A DNA stretch of 64,000 nt, taken from Rhina ancylostomus. Lineage: Eukaryota. Numbering within the stretch: the first letter of the stretch is position 1; the number at the start of each line of letters is the position of its first letter. The stretch is taken from NCBI GenBank assembly GCA_030265395.1, contig JARFYF010000029.1:12555666-12619665 (forward strand), written 5' to 3'. The notes under the pieces were generated by a model. It was given only the letters and a program-made list of their open reading frames with translations, ran no database searches and had not been told where the DNA came from. The position numbers and the translations under genes are program-made. Positions 36,271 to 48,440 of this stretch are shown piece by piece.

Positions 36271-37943
36271 TCGTTGGGATTGTAACATATGTGGATTACA
36301 GTATAGCTCATCATCCTATTGTTAGGATGTCACAAGGAGTCTTCTACTCAGCATTTCTTATACTGGTAAAATGCTCCCTCTGGCGTGCGAAACACTGGAT
36401 GCCACCTCTTTCAGTCACTTCAGTATTGTACCGCTTGTATCCAGTATGTGTATATTTCTGAACTAACTATTTTGCTTCCCACCATAGGTTAGTACGGGAC
36501 TAGCTGAAACAGGTATTCATTTATGCTGCATGTCACATAGATACAGCCGTAAAAATGATACACATAGCATTTGTTGCATATGTTTGAGTGCCAGCTTCTG
36601 TGCCAAGGATAAAAGAGAGGGATCAAATGAAAACTGGCAGCAGCTGTTGTGGGATAAGATGTGTTTCTTGGACGAAACATCATCAGTTAATTTTGGTATA
36701 AACCGAAAGTTCAGTGAACTAGATATTAGAATGTAACTGCACACAATGGAGATGTTTTCTGATACAGTTTAAGTATAACTGGAATGTGATGGTGGGAATT
36801 AGAGATGATGGTTTCACCTGGAATTGTCTGCATGATTTGCTTTTATTACAGAGAAGAGAGTGTTGCCCTGCATCTTTTCCTGTCAACTGTACTTAGAGAG
36901 AAGCGCATGTGTTTAGTTAGTTGTGGTGGACATCAATTATCTCCAATTGGCAAGTGTGTTTATACCCATTTGGGCAACAGATGGCAAAATCAAAGGCTTC
37001 CTCCTAGCAATACCAGCATTTTATCGTACTGTTTTTGTATCTCTTTAAACTTTTTTCATGATGTGAAGAATTTAACTTCCTTATATTTGTAATGAGATTA
37101 TGTAGGACTCTTTTGAAGAAATATCTCAGCCTCTGCAATGAAGCAACTAGAGTCATTCTTTTAGATGAAGACATAGTTAAGCTGAACAAACTAAGCTTAG
37201 TGACTGGATGTTCGGCATTGATTATTACTGAAGTTCTGGAAGCTTTGAATTATTTATATTGAAAGATTAAGTTTAATCTTGGTTGGAAATAAAGGGCCAG
37301 GTCTGCTACATGGAATCACCATCTTATTTCATCCAGGAGAGGAGGGCCTGATGTGGCAAGAACTGAATGGCAACTGGATGCCAGTTGGCATCATGTGGAG
37401 ATCCCACCTCAAAAACACCCCTGAAAGTCTTTGACAGAATGCACCATTGGGTAGGACATGTGGAGTGCTTGTGCCAGGCACGTGATCCATAATTTCACTG
37501 ATTTTAATTGGGATTACAGGTCAAAATATTAGAAGGCAAATGCAATGATTTTTTAAAGTTATTTTTGCTTATATTCAGTTTTTAAACTATTTATAATTGA
37601 TTCTCTTAACATTACTAAAAAATAACAATTTTTATTTTTATTAAAATGTATCCTTCAATTTTAACAGTTTTTTATGTACCTTAATGTCAGAGACATTTAC
37701 AAACTATTAAAAATCAGTTGCAGCTTTTACAGCCGGCAGACTTGAAGGTGGGGTCTGCTGGTTGTCAAATGAGAATGATTGGTTAATGTATATCCTTTGT
37801 CAATTGTATGTGTATTGGGTTCTCGGTGCATATGGTGAAGTATTCTTCATGTCTGGGTGATGAATTTACAAAGTGAAATTCTAACCACATTCACCTTCTA
37901 CCAACTAACATGATGGAAAATCATTCCTCCCTTTCTGTTTCAG

Positions 37944-38055
37944 ATGGGGAACACAGGGAGATTTTACCACCACTCATCCTCGTCCAGTTGTCAAGATTAA
38001 ATTCTTCACAGAGAGCACAGGAGTTCTTGCCCTGGAAGATAAAGAACTGGGGAAG
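37944..38055 (+). CDS. CADPS2: CADPS2 internal coding exon (C2 domain region), 112 nt
   Basis: Acceptor cctccctttctgtttcag, branch-like ACTAAC at 37904-37909, donor AAG|GTAAGG. After 1 nt it reads [37 protein letters not shown], recognised as CAPS family; TTTHPRPVV is the CADPS2-type motif as recalled. Confidence 0.96.
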
Positions 38056-39207
38056 GTAAGGCTAACTTTTGCATTTGGGATTTTTAATTTTGTCCTGTGC
38101 CATCTTGATCTGGTTGTTCTTTTGTTGTATAATTGAAGTGGCTGCACAGTGCATGTTCCATTTCTATTTATGAACTGAAGGACACAGAATCCCTTTGACA
38201 TTTTACACTTCTTTTGACCAGAACTCATATTTGAATGGCAGGCATCTGAGGAATCTGTGGTAACTGCCGTCTCAACAATCAGGGATGTGTGAATATACAT
38301 TTCCCTTGACAAGCTTGAAATATAAGACAATTTGAACCCCGATCCAACTATAGCATCTTTTGATAAATACTTCACATGCCTGATAGAATAGAAACAATGG
38401 AAAATCAATTTGCCAATGGGGACATGTCAAAGCCATAGTTGTCAAAGCCAATGTTCTCTGGCATTTTTCTTGCTGCTTCTACTTTAATTAAAGGATTTCT
38501 TGGTATTGTGGCATTGAAAAAGACGTGCAGCACGTAAAGCAGGAAAGTCTTTGAGTGTTAAAGTAGAAAATAATGAACTCAAATAAATTGCATTTAGTTA
38601 CCAACATCAGAATTGAAGTATTTGTTTAGATCGGGCATCAAGATTTTGAAAGTCTGTTTCCCAACCCTCATACCACATTGATTATTTTCTCCTCTCCAGG
38701 TCTTTTGATGTCCACTCCCTGCACCATGTATTAACAACAATAAAACAACAAGGCTAAGATATTAACTGTATCCTCAAACTAAGTTAGTTCTTCACGGACA
38801 GTTCCTTTCACTCATTTGGTGGCATGCTGTTTTCTAACTCAATGCATGAAGTGAATAGGAATTTAAAGACTGCTGTTAATGTTTCTGGGATATTAATGAA
38901 ACTATCCAATTAAAGTAATATTTATCAGTTAATACAGTTTCAAAATGATAAACAAATGCTTATTATTGCCTATGGATAGAGATCCATTTCCTCACAGGCA
39001 ATTCCCAGTGGATTTGTTTGCCTTATCCTGTTCTTCAGTAATCAAGTTGGTCATTGTTGACTTTTTTTGTTGCAAATATCTTGGTTCTTCTCCAATGTCT
39101 GTAACCAACGTCAATAGTTACCGGACCGCNNNNNNNNNNNNNNNNNNNNNNNNNNNNNNNNNNNNNNNNNNNNNNNNNNNNNNNNNNNNNNNNNNNNNNN
39201 NNNNNNN

Positions 39208-39540
39208 GCAGAGGAATGTATCCAACCTGCCATACCTTGGTGGTATTGAAGAGGAATGTGCTCAACTTGTCGCACTCCTGTGTGAAGCCCATCTGCAACT
39301 CTTCCAACTCCAGTTTTCCCTATTTCAGTTTATTCACGTTCCCTGCTACCAGATGTCACTGTCCCCATTACCCACAACCCTCCCCCGTGTACATTACCTC
39401 CATCTGTGGTGTCTTGTACCTCAGCTTGGCTGCAGCCTCTTCTTATCCTGCCTTATTCCTTCCTCATATCTGGCCGTTTTATCCGTTGTAATATTTCGCC
39501 ATCCTGTTGAATTGTCAACTGTAGTTATGGTTACATTCAG
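39208..39540 (-). mobile_element. CR1 RT fragment, decayed
   Basis: Minus-strand ITTDKTARY(E)EG..RLQ and EELQMGFTQEC, relics of FADDTK..WQM.FN. Confidence 0.55.
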
Positions 39541-42500
39541 GAGAGTGGCTGATGAGAATATTAAGGACCTAAGTGTGAATGGCCAGGAGTGAGCAGGATG
39601 GTCTGCATTGCAAATACCTCCTGCTTCTCCCAGTGTGTTTGGTCCCACACAAGTCACTCAACCATCCGCACAGCCTCAGTACCAATTAGCCTGCCTGCCT
39701 TCGCAGTTGCCTCAATTGGTTTTCATTCATAGCTTTTGACCCATGCTGGCCTGTCTGTTGCCAGTGCAACATATTCTGGGCTGCCTGTGTAAAGTACTGT
39801 GCTGCCAGCATTGGTCAACCTGAGTTTTTCTGGCCTACCTGTCTTGCTGACCATACTGCATCTAATTTACACACCCTTCTGATCACTTCTTGGTCAGTTG
39901 GGACATGAAATAAAAGGGATCAGAGAGGAAAATTCTGAACAATGTAAGACACTGAAGAAAAGGTGAGCATCTTTAATGGAATACACTGCACAGAGAGGAG
40001 AGGAAGCCAATCTGCATTGTACATTGGTTGAGATGATTGAAAGCATAGCTGAAGACTTAACTAGGAGGTGTCTTTTAAAGAGAGAGTGAAGCTGTGGAGT
40101 GAAATGAATTCAAGGTAGCAGGGCCACGTTGTCAAAGTTTCTGCTGGAGTAAAGGAAGGTAAGATGCTGGTCAGAAAACAGAACAAAGGAAAGCAAAAAG
40201 CAAAGGAGGAATGCAAGAAGTGAAGGAATAAAAGAAATAGTTTAAAAAAGCATGAAATGAGGACAGTAAGGAGAAGTGAAGTGAGAGGAAAATCAGGTGG
40301 GAGATTGGTGGTATAAAAGAAGAGAGACGAAGCTGTGACTGAGGGATATTTCTCGATGTACATCCTCAAGGACCCTTAGCTACATGAGCAGAGGAGACAG
40401 AGCCCTGGACATTCTGAGGGCCACACTCTGCCAGTACATGTTGAGTAGTAACCACCTCATCTCTCCCTGACTCTGCCACAGAAACCTTGTAGCAGTGGGG
40501 GTCAGGTACACATCTAGATTGCACCCTTTTGAGGATGAGAATCCTGAAGGAATTGGGATCGTTGCCATTTTCCTCCTTCCTGCCACAGGACAGTGTCCCA
40601 GTTGGAATCCTACTTACGAAATTTCAGTCAAGGATCTGAGGATTCAATGGTTTTATAATGGCTCCAATTCAAAAATATTTAGTTTTTTGATTGAGAAATT
40701 ACTGGAAACATAACCTAATATTGCAAGGAGCAAAATAGGGTAACTGTGTCCAATGTATAGGCAATTAGATTGAAGGATTATGAAATAAACCTAAAAATAT
40801 AACGATATGAAAGTACAAAGAAGGATGTAAATGTGTATGGTTAAATTCAATGGCAAAGTAAGCTACAGAAAGAATGTGAATAAGGAGGCAAGAAATTGTG
40901 TTAAGAGGAGGAAATAAAGTGACAGAAGGAAAANNNNNNNNNNNNNNNTAATTTTAAAGAATTTTCAGCAACAAATCAAACCACTTAACCATCCACTCAG
41001 CCTCAATACATACTAGCCTGCTTGCCTTTGCAGTTTCCTCAACTGGTTATGGTGTAAAGGTTCCACTTACACTTGAAATTTAAAGACATGACTTTAAGTG
41101 GAAAATTTAGTTTTGACCTTCCATGCAAATACACCATCTTCACACCACTCATTGCATGTCATTGCTGGGTCAGTTTGCACAAAAGATGCCATTCTCTGTG
41201 AATCTAACAGCAGAGTAGCAGAACTTGGACAGACACTGTTTGATATCTGCATTTAACTGCTCATCTGCTCCTGAATTTGCAGCATCATTCACACATAAAT
41301 AGGGCAGAGAATGTTAGCCCCATTTTTATTTTTCCAGTAATTTCTGGCCCATGTATTATTATGTATTTCCACAATATGAATGGGTGAGTGTTTTTCACTT
41401 CACAATATTCTCAGAATGTTAGCAATGTATCACCTTTGAAGTAAAAATATCTTATATATATTGCTTCATCTAGTTATTTAGCATGCCTATTCATAGCTAC
41501 TCATATCTTAAAAAGCTGGATACCTGCCCACACATAATCCTTCCTCACATCAACAAACCAGTAGGTACACTGAACATAGTGAAGAGAGAATTCAATAGAT
41601 TGAAACAATTCACTGCTTCTGGGATGTTCAACAATTTGTCCAATTGTCAAATGCATTTAGAACAGTTTGTTAGTTCTTTTGCATACCTTCTAATTCCAGC
41701 AACTTGTTAACTTCCAAGGAGGTCTTTAACAATAATATTTTCTGTCGTCTGAGATATTTCATGATGAAAAAAATGAACAAAATTCAACCTATGCTTGCCA
41801 TTTTGGAAAATTCCCATGCTGGAGAGGAAATGCATGTTTAATCTCTAAAAATGGGTTGAAATGATATGAATTTAGGATATTGCCTTATACTATTTTTGCA
41901 TCAAGGTAATGAAATATAATGATGCAATAAAAGTCACCTGAGGTAATTATTGCACATAATGATTAGGTTGTCAGTAGTTTTACCATTTCTCCTAAAAGCC
42001 GAGTCTTGGAATCACATTCCCTACAGACTGGGGAGAGCTATTGAGATTCAAGGTACCTGTTCCATGGTACATTTCTCAACTGTCAAATATGTTGGTCCCC
42101 GTTGTGCTGTTAATCCAATCTGAAGTGCCAAAGGAGGAGAGCTTGTTAGTGGATAACGTGCAAACACCCATTTTTCAGAAAATAAATGAGCCCACATTAA
42201 AAACACATCTGTTATCTATCTGGTAAAGTTGCAGGGTTTATTCATCACAGTACAGAATTTACAGATGTGATATAGATGAAGTAGGACACTGTAATGTATC
42301 CAAGCATGTATCAATGTATGAGATATCCAGTTGATACTAGTTTACAATATTTCTACTTTTGAGATGTGCATATTCTTCCATTGTCCAAGCAACTTTGAGT
42401 TCAGATGATTTATAACACATTTATTTGCACAAGATATATTAGCTAGAGTTATGCTTCACTCCTTTCCTCTCCATCTTTCTCAGGTGCTCTAATTAAACCA

Positions 42501-42639
42501 TCACATCCATCCATAAATTGCAATGTCATGTTATGAGATTGGCTATTCATGTCAATATGTGAATTATAACAGGTTAATCATTCACTTGAACTCAAGAAGC
42601 AGTGTCATTGCCAGGTTGGAGAAGGTTGTACATAACCAT

Positions 42640-43640
42640 AGAATGATCCAACATCCAAAAGGTGGTCGTCATTATATCAGTTGTTTCAAAGAACTTTTTA
42701 GTTTATCCCATTCCCCTACTTCGAATCTGCTTCTAAAATATTTTCAGGCTATAGATTCTAGCTCATTGTATCTTGCTACGTGGGGAAAAAAGGAAGTTTC
42801 CTTATATCTCCTCCAGTTACTTTAAATCTGCGTCCTCTGGTTACAGATCCTTTCAACAATAGGAATAGTTTTTCTTGTTTACCCAGTCGAAGTCATGATT
42901 CTGAATAAGTCTGTTGGTATCATCTTAATTGCTTTCTCATCTCTCCACATAACTGAAGGGTTTCAATCTAATACCAATTGGTACCTTGGTACCAATCTAA
43001 TAACTGCATCCTCTGCAAGGACAGCATCCTTCTTAGTGTGAGAGGATACAACTGAGACCTAGCTGGTATTTTTCAAAGATATATTGTAACTTCCTACCTT
43101 TTTATTCTTTAATTAAAGGTTGTCAAAATGATCTTATCAAAATGTCCTCTCACCTTCAAAGATTTGTGTACAGAAACCATGAAGGCTTTTCAATTTCTAC
43201 ATTCAATTTAAAAATTGACTCTTACATTAGATTGTGCAACTCGTACCTGTGTCTTTAATATTTAGTGTACAACTTTATTCTGAGTAAATGGTGGATGTAC
43301 TTTAAAAAAAATCCGTGTGATTGTACAGTGGTGCAGAAAAATTTTGTGACACTAGGAACAAAGAGTTTTAGCGAGGGGGAAAGAATGGATAGACTGGTTT
43401 TATTCTTCAGAAAAGGCTGAGGGGAAATTTAACTGAGATGCATAAATTAAGAAGTATCTGCATAACGTGGATAGGAGGGACTTATTTCACCTCATAGAGA
43501 AGATAATAGGCAGAGGACTCAGAGTTAGAAGAATTAGAGGGGAGTTGAGGTAAAAAGAATGGTATCACTGCCCTATGGGATGATAATGTGAGAGACCTTA
43601 TCATATTCAAAAAGGGCTTGGATCAGACCTGACATGCTGT
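42640..43640. mobile_element. Two old CR1 3' fragments in opposite orientation (about 42640-43200 minus, 43360-43640 plus)
   Basis: tttaaatctgcgtcctctggtt..aggaatagtttttc (minus); aaaggctgaggggaaatttaactgag..ggacttatttc (plus). Confidence 0.6.
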
Positions 43641-43679
43641 ATCACACAAAGCTATGAACAAAGAATTGGGAAGTGAATT

Positions 43680-43880
43680 CAGGGTACATAGGCTTCTGTG
43701 TACTTCTAATGAATGGACTCGAGGTTCTCAATACCATCCCAAATCTTCTCCAGTTTGAGTGATTGTGGGCCAGAGGTTCCCAAAAGGCAACAGAGATGTT
43801 GCACTTCTTCAAGGAAGCTTTGAGCATATCCTTGAATCTTTTTCTCTGTCCATCTGGTGATCTCCTACCGTGACAGAGTT
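43680..43880 (-). mobile_element. RTE-clade LINE fragment
   Basis: LCHGRRSPDGQRKRFKDMLKASLKKCNI..WEPLAHNHSNWR. Confidence 0.8.
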
Positions 43881-43904
43881 TGTAATAATCTTCCTGATAC
43901 AGAG

Positions 43905-44307
43905 CAGCAGAGTAGCACATCTAATAGAGTTGCAGGCTCATGATGCCAGAGATCCGGCTTTGGTCCTGACCTCAGGTGCTGTCCATGTGGAGTTGGCATG
44001 TTCCCTCTGTGACTGTGTGAGTTTCCTCTGGGTGNNNNNNNNNNNNNNNNNNNNNNNNNNNNNNNNNNNNNNNNNNNNNNNNNNNNNTCGTCCACTGTAA
44101 ATTGTCTGTAGTGTATAGAAAGGGACTAAAATCTGTCGGGGGGGTGGGCGGTGGGCGGTGGTGGAGGGGACGCAGGTAATGGTGGGAATGTAGGAAGAAT
44201 AAAAAATGGGATTATTGTAGGATTAGTGTAAAATATGTGATTGATGGGCAGCAGAGACTAGATGGGTTGAAGGGCCTGTTTCCATGCTGTATCTCTCTTT
44301 GACTCTG
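43905..44307 (+). mobile_element. V-SINE (HE1-like)
   Basis: tcctgacctcaggtgctgtccatgtggagttggcatgttccctctgtgactgtgtgagtttcctctgggtg; tail gaagggcctgtttccatgctgtatctct. Confidence 0.85.
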
Positions 44308-44651
44308 AGCAGCCACTTCAACAGCCAGTTTACTCATCCTTAAGTATGCTTGAGGACGTAAAATCATAATAGATACTTTTATCACTCCTTATCCAATGCT
44401 ACTCAACCACCACTTTAGAAACTCAAAACAATTTTCAGACTTTTCTTTATTGCAGTATCTCCCACTAAACCTGTCACTTCTTTGGACTCTAGCCGGAGGA
44501 AAACGCCTCTCTGCCACTCTTGATAAATCTTTAATTTTTCAATGTGATCACCTCCTATTCTTAGACTTTTCTCACACTTTTTCCAAAGGATTGCTCCCTC
44601 ATGGCAGTAATCAGTCTTGTGAATTTGTGTTGCACAAACTTCAGGCTAAGT

Positions 44652-45115
44652 ATAACAAAAACAGAACATGCTGCAAAGACTCAGCAGGTCAGAAAATACT
44701 CAGAAGACCCTTTGACCCGAAAAATTCACTCCATTTCTCTTCCCACAAATGTGGCTTGACCTGCTGAATATTTCCAGCATTTTCTGTTATTGTTTTATGC
44801 ACCCAGAATATGGTCTATAGACAGCTTTGATGTTCCAATTGCCACACCAAATTGGAAACTAACTGCTCCCATTCATTCATTGACCAGAACCTCTTGTTTA
44901 CAACTTATCCCCATGGTCACCCCAGAGATTTCTTGCCTCCCCTACTCTCCCTACAGTTTAACAAGCTGCTTTTCTCTCTTTCCGAGTTCGGACGAAGGGT
45001 CTTCAATCTGAAACATTGATTTTGTCTCTCTTCCCGCAGATGTGACCTGGACCTGCTGAGTAGCTCCAGTATTTTCTGCTTTTGTTTCAGATTCCCAGCA
45101 TCTGCAGTCTTTTTT
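44652..45115 (+). mobile_element. Penelope termini: short fold-back plus a tandem terminus with decayed hammerhead
   Basis: 44654-44692 is inverted against 44756-44795; gagttCGGACGAagggtcttcaatctGAAAcattga at 44984-45020. Confidence 0.7.
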
Positions 45116-46110
45116 TAATTTCCGGGCTAAATCGATCTTACTTTAGTAAAGAGACCATTCAATCTTCCAAATGAGGTCTCACCAAATGTATGTACAATCA
45201 AGACTTATTTACAATAAAGGCAAACATACCATTTGCTTTCCTAATTGCTTGCTGTTCCTACATATTTGCTTTCTGATCTCATGAACTAGCCATAGTAAGA
45301 TCCCCTTTCCACCAACATTTATAAGCTTCTTACCTATGTACTGTTTATCTATTCTTCTCGCCATTTTCTCACATGATACACCAGCTGCCATCTTCTTGCT
45401 CTGTCAATCCTCTTTTGCAGACTTCTCATAGTTCACTTTCCCAGAGAGCTTTTTATAATCAACAAACTTGCATTGGTTGTGTTCCATCTTTTCATCCATC
45501 ACATACAAATTGTGAATACCTGACAGCCCAATATTGGTCGTTTTATTCACAATCACAAGGACACAATTAATCACTTGATCCTCTTCAAATATACCTATGT
45601 GGTCATGCAATCTCGTCATTGCTTCACTAAGTTCAATACTGCCTTCACATCTGTTCTTATTGATCCACACTGGTTTCTGCCACAGAGAATTGATTTAAAC
45701 CTCCCAAGGCCACCTACACAATCTCCAGTCACGCTTCTCTTTTATACCAACCACTCTTTTGACAGTAGCCAATTTCTATGGACCAATTAGTTTATGGTAA
45801 CAACACAGCAAACTTGCTTTATCACTTCACTGCTTTCAAAAACCTTCCACAGACTTTTCCATTGAATTGACCTTCCTTTCACTTCTGAGACAGCCCCTTA
45901 TGTCTGAGGGGCGTCGGGGAAGCCGCTGCATTATTAACTTGCAGTAGGAATTCAGATCTGCTGCAGGAATATCAACAGCAGCTGAGAGAAACTAGGCTGA
46001 TCAAAAAGGATGTCACAGGGACTGTCCAGTTCTGCAGTGAACTTTTTCCTTCTTGAAGACAAAGTGTCTGTTATCATTCTCCTAATGTGAAGCTTGTCGC
46101 TGTCTTTCAG

Positions 46111-46250
46111 GTAATTCTTTACCCAACTCCCAACAGTCCAAAGGCACCAGAATTGCACAAGATGGTTACTCCAAAAAATAGCCAAGATTCAGATCTGAAA
46201 ATAAGACTGGCAATAAGGATGGATAAACCTCCAAATATGAAACACTGTGG
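46111..46250 (+). CDS. CADPS2: CADPS2 next coding exon (end of C2 region, linker to PH domain), 140 nt
   Basis: Acceptor tgtctttcag, donor GG|GTAAGT. Phase 0 joins the previous exon in frame: [46 protein letters not shown](G). Confidence 0.96.
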
Positions 46251-46759
46251 GTAAGTCTGCAACATTAATAAAACCGCTCTCAGATTGAAGGCACGACAGA
46301 GCTGTTTCTGAGTACTCATGAAACCTGGAGATATTACAGGGAGAAGGTCAGTGCAGTGTGCAAGAGTTCATATTATTACTGTCAATTACACCAGATTTAG
46401 GAAGTCAGGAATTCCTTGTTAGGATTTAGCTTTGCATAATGTGATGATCTGATGTGCCTGGAAGGAGACATTGCAAATGATTTTCATAGATATTGCCTGA
46501 TTGTTAATGTTGGAACCTGTGGCACAGCCTCCGTTCTCCACTGTGCATGCTGGATCCTGACCTCCCAGTACTGGCTTAACAAATGAAAGACCAACATCGA
46601 ATATGTTGTGTCAAATTACTTAGGACATATGTCACCACCAGGGTACTGGGTCTAGGATTTCCATTGTTTTCTATTTGAACAAAGACTCTTCTTCACTTAG
46701 TGCCTCCATCCACATATCGCCCCAGAAAAATAATGTCCAAGAGTAAGAATTTGTTTCAA

Positions 46760-47400
46760 TGTATTTATTTTTCAGGATGTGGGCATTGGCATCAAGGCCA
46801 GAAATTATTGCTAATTGCCCTTGAGAAGGTGGTGGTGAGTTACCTTCTTGAACCACTGCAGCTCACTGGTGAAACTACTCCCATGTACTGTTGGCTGGTA
46901 AATCCTGGACTTATACCAAGTGATAGTAAAGGAAAAACAATACTTTTCCGAGTCCAGATGGTGCTCAATTTTGATGGAGGGGGAGGGGAAAAGTGCAAGT
47001 GATGGTGTCTCCATGCACCTGAAGCTCTTGTCCTACCTGGTGGTATTGGTATTGGTATTAGTTTATTATTGTCACTTGTACCGAGGTACAGTGAAAAGCT
47101 TGTCTTACAAACCGATCNNNNNNNNNNNNNNNNNNNNNNNNNNNNNNNTAAATATTGAAGATACCAAATGAGTACCTGTCAAGCAGTCTATATTGTCCTG
47201 GATGATGCCAAGTTTTTTGAGAGTTGTTGGAGCTGCTATCATCTAGGGAATTGGAGAGTATTCCGTCATAGCATTCCATCAAACTCCTGATTTGTGCCTT
47301 GCTGTTGTTGGGAAGACTTCAGGCTGACAGGAGGTGAGTCACTCTCCACAAGGTACCCGACCTTTGACCTGTTCTTGTTGCCACAGTATTCATGCGACGA
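46760..47400 (-). mobile_element. LINE 3' end (partner tail of the SINE at 17305) interrupted by a Rex1 tail at about 47041-47117
   Basis: ggatgtgggcattggc..ctaattgcccttgagaaggtggtggtgag; inserted (tggtat)n-gtttattattgtcacttgtaccgaggtacagtg. Confidence 0.65.
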
Positions 47401-48074
47401 TGAAGTTGTTAAGTTAGTAAAAGATGCAGAGAAACAGGCAATCTAAGCAGGGGGCCTACCTCGACTAAGCACAACACGGACCATCCCTAATCTTACAGGA
47501 GGTTGTTGCACATGGGATTATTTGTAGCATGGAATCAGGGATTTGTACTTGAAGCTACCCACTGCTAGATATACACCTGTGAGCATTTGTCCCTGAAATC
47601 GGAAGAAAGACTTGATAGTTCATATTATCTTTGTACCTTCTGCTCATCAAGCTACTTTGCAAAGTAACTGTTTACAATGAGTAACAGCAAGGGCATGTTG
47701 ATCTGTGATTTTAAAGCTACCACACTATCAGGTGACCTTCCACACATGGCTACAATGTGTGATAAGCAACATACATCTTACTCTTGTGAAAAGTCACTAG
47801 TAGGACCATTCTAAGCTGATGCTGATTTCTACCACATCTCACAATTTGCTGTTTGTGCTGCATTAGGGAGAACTCCCAAACTCCATACTCAAGGAAAGGT
47901 GACTTCTTGCAGACAACAGGAGCAAAAATGGGCATAAGGATTTGTCTGAATTGCGGTCTTCCTCAAAGTATTCACTAGGTTGCACTCATGTTCTTATTGA
48001 GATCTCCCTGGCAACCTCCAGCCAGTAATGTCTGGCTGATAACCTGCGAGGTCTCCATGGTTGAGGGCATGAGT

Positions 48075-48440
48075 TAAAGGGAGAGTTTGGGTAGGCTAGG
48101 ACTTTATTCCTTGGAACACAGGAGACTGAGGGCTGACCTTATAGTGGTGTATAAAAGCATGCACACAGTCCTTTTCCCAGGGAAAAGGAAACAAAAACTT
48201 GAGGGCATAGGTTTAAGGTGAGAGGAGAAAGATTTAAAAGGGGCAACTTCTTTATGCACAGGTTGGTATGTATATGGAACGAGCTGCCAGAGGAAGTGCT
48301 TGAGGCAGGTGCAACAACAATTAAAAGACAGTTGGACAGGTACATGGCTGGGAAGGGTTTAGAGGGATTTGGGCCAATGGGATTAGCTTAGATAGGCCAA
48401 AGGGCCTGTTTCCATGCTATGTTAGTCTATGGCTCTATGC
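48075..48440 (+). mobile_element. CR1 LINE 3' end
   Basis: ggagactgagggctgaccttata..gggcataggtttaaggtgagagg..agggcctgtttccatgct. Confidence 0.88.

Noticed and set aside
1-37943. Preceding CADPS2 exon (..MEVQGLKS..YCTMEVEG..), following PH-domain exon (..WKRWKKR..) and nested RNF133/RNF148-like genes known from mammalian CADPS2 introns
   Set aside because: I found no matching reading frames by eye on either side of the two exons. They probably lie outside the window, though N gaps could hide them.
37974-38408. 144-aa minus-strand ORF overlapping the CADPS2 exon
   Set aside because: Antisense shadow of the real exon with no recognisable domain or splice support.
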